Part shown: piece by piece, positions 36,986-44,167 of the stretch
How the letters are laid out: the number at the start of each line of letters is the position of its first letter
Numbering within the stretch: the stretch's first letter is position 1
NCBI GenBank assembly: GCA_023231475.1
Contig: JALJEE010000076.1
Location: 1 to 44,167, forward strand
DNA: 44,167 nt
Reading direction: 5' to 3'
From: Seison nebaliae
Taxonomy: Eukaryota
The notes under the pieces: generated by a model
The model's input: the letters and a program-made list of their open reading frames with translations, nothing else
What the model was told of the DNA's origin: nothing
The model's database searches: none
Program-made: the position numbers and the translations under genes

Positions 36986-38169
36986 TAGTTTTAATAAAAT
37001 TTAAATTTATAATATATATAAAAAACATATATTTTTGAGATATTTATTTTAAAAGAGATTACAAGAGAATTTATGTGGAAATCGAGAGATAACAGAATAA
37101 GAAAATAATATTAAATTGAATAAGTCAAATATTGATAGATAATTCAAGAATTATTCTGTTGATGATGATCTTTATGGAATGTCTATAGATTTCCAGAATT
37201 CTCTACATTTTCTTCTTCGATTTTCTTTAGTATTTTTTTAGAAATTTCGAAATTTTATTTCTATTTCTAGAAAATTCCATCAAATGGTACGTTTGGAAAT
37301 ATAGATTAACAAGTTTCATTAATCTTCAATGCAAAGAAAATTTTGTGGCTTCTGAGTTGATAGTCATATTTAGATCCTTAATATTAAGAGGAACTGAATA
37401 TTCAGTCTATTCTATACAGGTAATCTTTTTCTTTCTAGTTATTCCAGTTTGTTGTTGTCAATATTATATCCATTTTAGAACCATCATAATTATCGTCCTC
37501 TGTACCAACTTACGAAATCATCCATGAAATTCAACTGCTTCCTCGGAATTTCAGTAAACATCTAATATGCTAATAAAGATCAGCCACGATAACAAGCTGA
37601 TCGATTATTTCATAAATTGTTCTATGATCCTTTATTTCTTCTCTCTAGAACGTTATGATTGGAAATGGAACGTTACAACTGTAATTAATAGAGATAATCA
37701 ACTTCTTTTGACGAACGGAAAAATTAACTATATTTGATGAAATTTATTGACTGTTTTCCAATAACTTTCAGTTTTGAAATTCCATTGTGCATTACTCCAA
37801 ATTTCTTTTCGTCCTTTTCCACTTAACCTTCAAGAACGAAAGAAACTTCTAAAAAATAATGGAATGAAACAGTTAAAAAGAAGTTAATTTTATTTCAAAT
37901 TTATAACAACGTACGAACAAATATGAGTGTATGAAACGTGTCATTCAATTGCAGTTAACATATAATCTTCTAACGGAAATCGAAGGAATATCATCATATC
38001 GGAAAAAAAGAGAAATAAATATCTTATAAACAATTATATCGATAAAATTGAATGAAAGTTTAAAAAAAAAAATAATTTATGAAAGAATATATAATAATTT
38101 CCAGTTTGAGCGGAAAAATTATTCGTGACTTGCAACGATGATGAAATGAATAGAATGATCTGAGGAACT

Positions 38170-38670
38170 TACATCTTACTCGATCATAAATTTTATTACA
38201 TCTTGTTTTAGGTTGAGAAATCGTTCAACCGTTACATACGTCACAAGCCATCTTACTTGGGAATAGTTTATAAATTCACTATTGACTTTTCTCCAAACTT
38301 CTTTCTGATTAACGAAGATTTCGTCCATCAGGAAGTATTATTCGAGCGAACAAAACTAATTGTGCTGTATTATTGATGCAATTTGACTCGTCAAACTGAA
38401 TCGAGAAACACAAACAACTTTCTGTTAAATTTATAGTTTCCATATGTTCTTTTTGAGCAAGTCCATTTGTCTATAAATTTTCTGCCATTTGCGAAGTAAC
38501 AAATGTCGAAAAATCGTTATTTGTTTCAGAAGAAGAACATCTTTCATCTGAATCTTCGATGGTTCCATTTTGAAACAATTCACATGTGTTTAAATGTCGT
38601 CTAAAATTAAAAAGTTTATCTCCGTTAAACATTTGTTTGCAATATATGCATCCCCATTTACACTAGTGTA
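38170..38670 (-). mobile_element. hAT (Buster/Charlie/GTF2IRD2-like) transposase relic with internal deletions
   Basis: Minus strand reads WGCIYCKQMFNGDKLFNFRRHLNTC (BED-like finger), FSIQFDESNCINNTAQLVLFAR (first catalytic Asp motif, FSxxxDESTDxxxxAQL) and YSQVRWL..VERFLNLKQDV (RW motif). The motifs are separated by stops and are much closer together than in intact transposases. Confidence 0.8.
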
Positions 38671-39662
38671 TAATAAACAGTTGTTTGTTTATTCCACTTT
38701 TTTATACACTGTTTAAAACACGGTGTATGAAAAATTAATCAATAAGAGTTTTTTTAACTATTTTGTTACAGGATGACCATGTCTAGACAATATCAAACAG
38801 TAATTCACCATCTTATACCCAATGTTAATTTTTTTTGTTCTTACAAGGAAAGTATCCGATATGCAGGCAACGAAATTAAAAATAAAAATAAATAGAATGT
38901 GTGAAAAATAATACTGATTAACATAGAATTTTTTATTTTTGCCGAGTCGTTAAATTAGTGTCTATAATGGAGGAAAAGTCATATATTCCAAATCAATATA
39001 TTCATGATGGCATATGTGATTTTTGTATATAAAACTGATTCAATTTTTGGAATATGATCTTATGTAGGATGGATAATGTGTAAGGATGTAATAACTTCAT
39101 TTCTATGAAGTATCTTTTGTAAAGGTGGATATCACAAAATAGCCTTATTCAAGCTCTCAAAGATAGTGCAAAAAATTTGAAAAAATTAAAATATTTCATG
39201 CATTAACAGTGCATTTTGCACAAGAGTTCATTTTTCTCTCTTCTGCATGTTTCGAAAATATGGTTTAAAAATTTTATCATACGAGAGATCATACGGTAGA
39301 TCATATATAATTATTAGAATTAGAAAAATTTTAAATTAAAAAAAAAAATGAAAATATAACATAATTATTGAGCATTTTTCAAAAGTTGTGTTTTTGTATT
39401 TCCGGATCAACCGTAAACTATTTTAAATCGTGGTTGGATTTTTTGATATCGTCACCATCGAAAACCCCCTTGTGTAAATTTTCATCGATTTTGGAAATAC
39501 TGAAGCAATACTTTTCATGCAGTTTATAGCGCAAAATATGCACGTATTTGAGCGCACTTAAAAGTGCACAGATTCTTGAAGTAACTATGTAGAAACAATT
39601 GATTATTAATTGTTAACCTATATTCAAAAAATCAAACAGTTTGGATCAATATTCATGATTTT

Positions 39663-39809
39663 ATGAAGGAAAATGTAACGAGCGTTTTTTAGTTTTTTCT
39701 CAATTTTTGTAGAAAAAATGATAAAATTTCTACATTTTTCACAAAACGGCGTCACATTTCTACAAAAATCGAGAAAAAACTAAAAAATACTAGTTACATT
39801 TTCCTTCAT
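39663..39809. repeat. Inverted repeat (~53-bp arms), MITE/foldback-like
   Basis: ATGAAGGAAAATGTAACGAGCGTTTTTTAGTTTTTTCTCAATTTTTGTAGAAA (39663-39715) versus the reverse complement of 39757-39809, with 4 mismatches. Confidence 0.85.
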
Positions 39810-40127
39810 GAAAGATTTCGAAATTGCAAAAAAAGATTATTTCAAATAAGAAGTACTATAACTTATCTATTTTTCTAATTAATCACAGAGGATTTATCCT
39901 TACAATAAGAAAAAAATTAATCATCAGGTAAATCACATTTATATTTAAGGTTCACATTTTATTTCTTAAAAATACTTCAAACATATTAATCATAACTGAA
40001 CGATGAATTCTTAATTTCGAAAGGATATAAAAGAAGATTATGATATAATGTTAATTGTATATGATAAAACTTGTTATTATTATCTTATTATAATTCTGTT
40101 ATCATTAAATAAGAAAACGATCCATTC

Positions 40128-40655
40128 CTATTGCTCTTTATGTTTTTTAAATGGCGGTATGTCATCCTCCTCATCAAGTGGCATGTATCTACGTGGAACA
40201 ACATGTGGGTAGTCGTCGTCGTCCTCGTCGTCTGAAAATGGAGGTGGTGGGGGACTACTTAAATATTCGTCTCTATCAGGCTCTTCATAAGGTTGCATCA
40301 TGTCCCATTCATCACCTTGAACGTTAAGTTCTCCGAGAAGTTGAGGATCATCTTCATGGTCCATTATACTCTCAGCGGGAGATCTTGGCCAGACAACCGG
40401 AACAGGTGGTTCATATGATTCATCGTCTGGTTCAATTGGCGGGTTATTGAAACGGCGAGGCCGGTTATTGAAACGGCGAGGCGGTTGATAGTAATCCTCA
40501 TTATGTGGAATATTATGTTGGAAGTCTTCGTCGAAGTATTGATTTATGTTAGGTGGTACGTTATATGGTCGTTCTTCCTCGTCTTCAAAATCCATACAAA
40601 TTGAAACATTCAAAATGACCAAAAAATAAAGAAAGTAAAAAAAATATTTAGACAT
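40128..40655 (-). CDS. Orphan secreted acidic/Pro-rich protein (175 aa, intronless)
   Basis: Signal-peptide-like MSKYFFYFLYFLVILNVSIC; D/E/P-rich mature region; 21-nt tandem encoding PRRFNN twice; TATATAAA ~70 bp upstream (40721-40728, minus). GC is higher than the flanks. Confidence 0.7.
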   Translation of the reverse strand: MSKYFFYFLYFLVILNVSICMDFEDEEERPYNVPPNINQYFDEDFQHNIPHNEDYYQPPRRFNNRPRRFNNPPIEPDDESYEPPVPVVWPRSPAESIMDHEDDPQLLGELNVQGDEWDMMQPYEEPDRDEYLSSPPPPPFSDDEDDDDYPHVVPRRYMPLDEEDDIPPFKKHKEQ

Positions 40656-41023
40656 TTTGAAAGTGAAACGGAAAAAAATGAAAACTAGAAAAATTTTGAA
40701 TAAGTTGAAAATTACCCCATATTTATATACAATTCAGTTCGAAATATTATTCAAATATTAAACCTTATGTTACTAAACTTTAAATTATTGCGATGATACA
40801 AAAAAACTAAAGTTCTTTTGAGTGGAACATTCATTACTATTTGAAACTCCTTTTTACGGTATTCATAGGAGAAACAGAATAGATCGGAAACCATAAGGTA
40901 AACTAACATAAGAATAAAAAATATAAAGTAAGAGGATATACACAGCGTGAGTAATTCCCATCACCGATCTATTTCTACTGCGGATAATCCGAGTCCTATA
41001 TTAGTCAACTTTTTGAAGAAGCA

Positions 41024-41222
41024 TCCTTAGTGTGAATGTAACTCATTTTTTTATAAAATAAATGAGTCTATAAGATTTAGTCGATGTTGACTCAAAACTA
41101 ACAAAATACTTTATCAATTTTATTCTTTCTAACTTACTTTTGAGTCAATATCGACTAAATCTTATAGACTCATTTTTTTTTATAAAAAAATAGTTAAATT
41201 TGAGTTATACTCACACTAAGGA
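41024..41222. repeat. Inverted repeat (~75-85-bp arms), MITE/foldback-like
   Basis: TCCTTAGTGTGAATGTAACTCA..AAATGAGTCTATAAGATTTAGTCGATGTTGACTCAAAA is mirrored by TTTTGAGTCAATATCGACTAAATCTTATAGACTCATTT..TGAGTTATACTCACACTAAGGA. Confidence 0.88.
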
Positions 41223-44089
41223 GCCCAGTTCTGTTTCTAATTTTAAGATTATTTCCCATATGATAACTTCCTACAGACAGGAATTCATCCTTGTTAATTC
41301 ACCCGATTCGAATTTGTGAATTGGATTAGTAAAAAATTAAATATCGAGCAGAAAGAATCGTTACACAAAAGGATTGTATTTCTCTGTTTTTCAAGTCGCA
41401 TGTCAATCATTGGAATAATATTATTCACATATATATGTGTAAACCATAACGACTATTATTCGTGAGAGTACTTTATTTTTGATTGCAAATTCATTAAATT
41501 TTTAATTGAACAAATTGTGTTGAATATAAGACTAAAATTATGATAAATGATTCAGATGAATTGGTCAGATATTAAATTTTTTAGAATTAAATTGCACTTA
41601 AATGCATCTTGGGATTCCAATCGAACAACAGTAAATTTCTTCTCACATCTATAACCATTAAAATTCTATGTCTATATAATAAACCAGATATATTCTCGAT
41701 AAATCCGAAAAAGGTTCCCCTAGAATATATTTCCATTTATTTTTATATTTGTATAGTTTAACTTTTCGTTGGAATTAAACTGTAACGAGCTGATAATTCT
41801 AAGCGAGTATAAAATAGCCTAGGAATGTACCATTTTCTTTAGTTTGTTTACCGATTAGGAGAACGTGTTGTTCCCTTGTTAAATAAATAATATTAATAAT
41901 AAATTTTATTGTTTTTCAAAAAAAAAAAAAAAAAACATGAATTTAAATTTAAAATAATACGATCATGTTTCTTATCGATCTTCCATCTTTAACGTCCATC
42001 AACGCATTGTTTAGATCAAGTTTGGGATAGTATATATTTCGCACAATCGTGAGAAACTGTGTCAAAGATTATTTCCAGGACAGTACAAATATCTTTTCTG
42101 CAATCTCTCGAATATTAGGAAGATAATCAATAATAATTTCTCCAATTTCAATTCTTCCTTCTTCTTCTCCCATCTTTCTCGATTCGCTGAATTCTCTTCA
42201 TTAACTCTCGATCGTATTCGAAAGAAATTCTGCAGAAATTTCATTTACTTTTCAAACCAAATCAAAATTTGTTCCGTTAAATTGGTTCGTCTTTCACTTC
42301 TTAGGAGTCTAGTGCTACATTTGTATTATTTGGAGACCATTTTCCTCAGTTCACCTTATTCTTTCCTTTAAATTAATCGGATCTATAATCGGCTTCTTAT
42401 GATAATGATCTGCTGTTTCCATAAATGCAACCATTTTCTTCTTTTCGCCACAGTAAATTTTATAATCACTTTCCATTTTCTTTCCTAAGGAAATATGAAA
42501 AAAGAGGAAACAATTCCCGATTTTTTTTTCTTTTGTCGAAATTTGAAAATAAAGTAAGTAAATTTTCAAAATGGGAAAAATAAATCGAGAATAGTTTCCT
42601 TTAGTTTATATATCCTCAAGAAAGAACACTGTCCGGGATAGTCTTTCTGGTATTGCTTCTGGTAGTCTTTCAACGTACCTTTCAACTCGTCTCTATGTCA
42701 GATGCAAATATACTCTCTAATAATAGATTTGTAGACTACCTGAATTGACTTGATCTGATCTGTATAAAGAATACTGATCCGAGTTTCGAAAGACGAGCGA
42801 CTCGAATCAGTAATTATTATTATTTATTTAGTTAAAATTCCCGTTGGGATAAAGAAAAAATTAGTAGTTACCATCAAATGTGAAATGTTCTGTATAAAGA
42901 ATAATAAAAATATTTAATTTATCTTCTATTTATAATCGATGTATGGACTCTTATGTAACGTGTCAATAATTAATTGGATTATCTATCTCAAAATTATCCC
43001 TATAAATTTTTGTTCCATTACATACAAATCATGAACTTACACATGTATCTACATGTCTAATGCAACGTGTACAGGTTTGGTATGCTGAATGACATGTATG
43101 TGCATTCACAAACATTTAGTTAATTTGCAAATATGAATGGATAAAACAAAAAACATAAAAATCAATCCCCTAAGCATTTGGATAAAAAAATGAATGAATC
43201 TGGCTCATACTTTGCCTCGAATCCAGAAATTATTCGGAATCTTTCTATTTGGGCTTATATGATTAAAGCCAATTTTTAATCAGCTACAATATGACCTTAT
43301 TTGATTTTTATAATTGTCTCCATAAATCGAGGAAAAGTATTACTTGTTTTCGCCACCATATACCAATTTGTGTTAGGAACAACATTCCTAATAATGACGG
43401 CCTTTATCCAAATGAAATGTCTTCGTTTAATAGTTCCAGATGCCACTTCATTATAGAAAGAAGATGTTCAAGAACGATGACTTTTAAGTCTCGATAATCA
43501 CTTCATATTACTGGACAATTTGCTTGTGTCCAATTTCTTCCATTTTTCCTTATTCGTATTTTTAGTTAATTGTCGTTTGACTGGAACTTTTATCATAAGA
43601 TCTATTAGAATACTAACGTACGTCTTCTTATCTTTAAATGGAGTATTATAGAACGAAGTGGTGTTGGCGAAAGAATTCTTATAATTTCCGTTAACAGTAT
43701 TGTCGGTAATTGGTTTAACAATTTTAGTAGAACGATTTTATTTTGACATGTTATCTAGTTGATAATGTTTTTCAGAGAAGATAAAATTCAATTTTAGTTC
43801 AATCAACCTGAGACATCATGCAGTTTCTTTCACGAGTATTTGGAGTGATAATGTTAGAATCAGGTGTCCTTCCTCTGCCTCTCTTTTTTCCCGCATTATC
43901 ATTGGGAATTTAACAATTTTTATCTTGTAAGGACGAACAATTAGGATCGGAAGTATACGTTTTATTCTTTCTCTCTTTCTTCAAATCGATTTATTTTGTT
44001 TCTTTTTCAATCAATCAATTGCAGACCAAAGTTTTTTTATAACAGAAAATAAGAAAATAATAATTATGTGCGTACTCTAATTCTATCAT

Positions 44090-44162
44090 GCCCGCTTAGC
44101 TCAGTCGGTAGAGCGTGGGACTTTTAATCCTAAGGTCCAGGGTTCGAGCCCCTGGGTGGGCG
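44090..44162 (+). tRNA. tRNA-Lys(TTT): tRNA-Lys (anticodon TTT, 44123-44125)
   Basis: GCCCGCT acceptor / GGTGGGC, D arm GCTC-AGTCGGTA-GAGC, anticodon arm TGGGA-CTTTTAA-TCCTA, T arm CAGGG-TTCGAGC-CCCTG, discriminator G; 73 nt. Confidence 0.97.
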
Positions 44163-44167
44163 GTATT

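Noticed and set aside
42062..42569. Two charged minus-strand ORFs downstream of a TATA-like motif
   Set aside because: More than one splice solution and no homology; cannot support a gene model.
42774..42811. Hairpin CTGATCCGAGT...ACTCGAATCAG resembling a hammerhead ribozyme
   Set aside because: It lacks the CUGANGA core with a correctly placed GAAA and cleavage triplet on either strand.
43291..43900. Possible decayed coding or TE sequence before the tRNA
   Set aside because: Multiple stops in the frames examined and no identifiable motif.

Overview
AT-rich, gene-dense animal (invertebrate) nuclear DNA. The EF-1alpha carries the animal STEPPYS motif and the opisthokont insertion; the taxon cannot be fixed from this window. 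Bases 1-31 kb are tightly packed genes split by tiny (mostly 37-56 nt) introns: Hv1 proton channel, RanBP3, a hidden three-exon CCAP-type neuropeptide precursor absent from the ORF track, an unknown helical protein, intronless EF-1alpha, a roughly doubled-size Raptor (~2720 aa), CCDC93, COG5 and the mitochondrial citrate carrier. One decayed LINE lies at ~20.6-22.4 kb. From ~31 kb the window is gene-poor and transposon-rich: an ankyrin protein, a decayed LINE with a nested antisense retro-fragment, a hAT transposase relic, foldback/MITE-like inverted repeats, an orphan secreted protein and tRNA-Lys(TTT). The two most notable observations are (1) 28 of 32 manually reconstructed introns begin GTT instead of the usual GTR(AG), which suggests a divergent 5' splice-site recognition system, and (2) the neuropeptide precursor encodes FFCNAATGC plus a second dibasic-flanked peptide, YPFPYLP. 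All gene models were spliced by hand and are unverified by transcripts.
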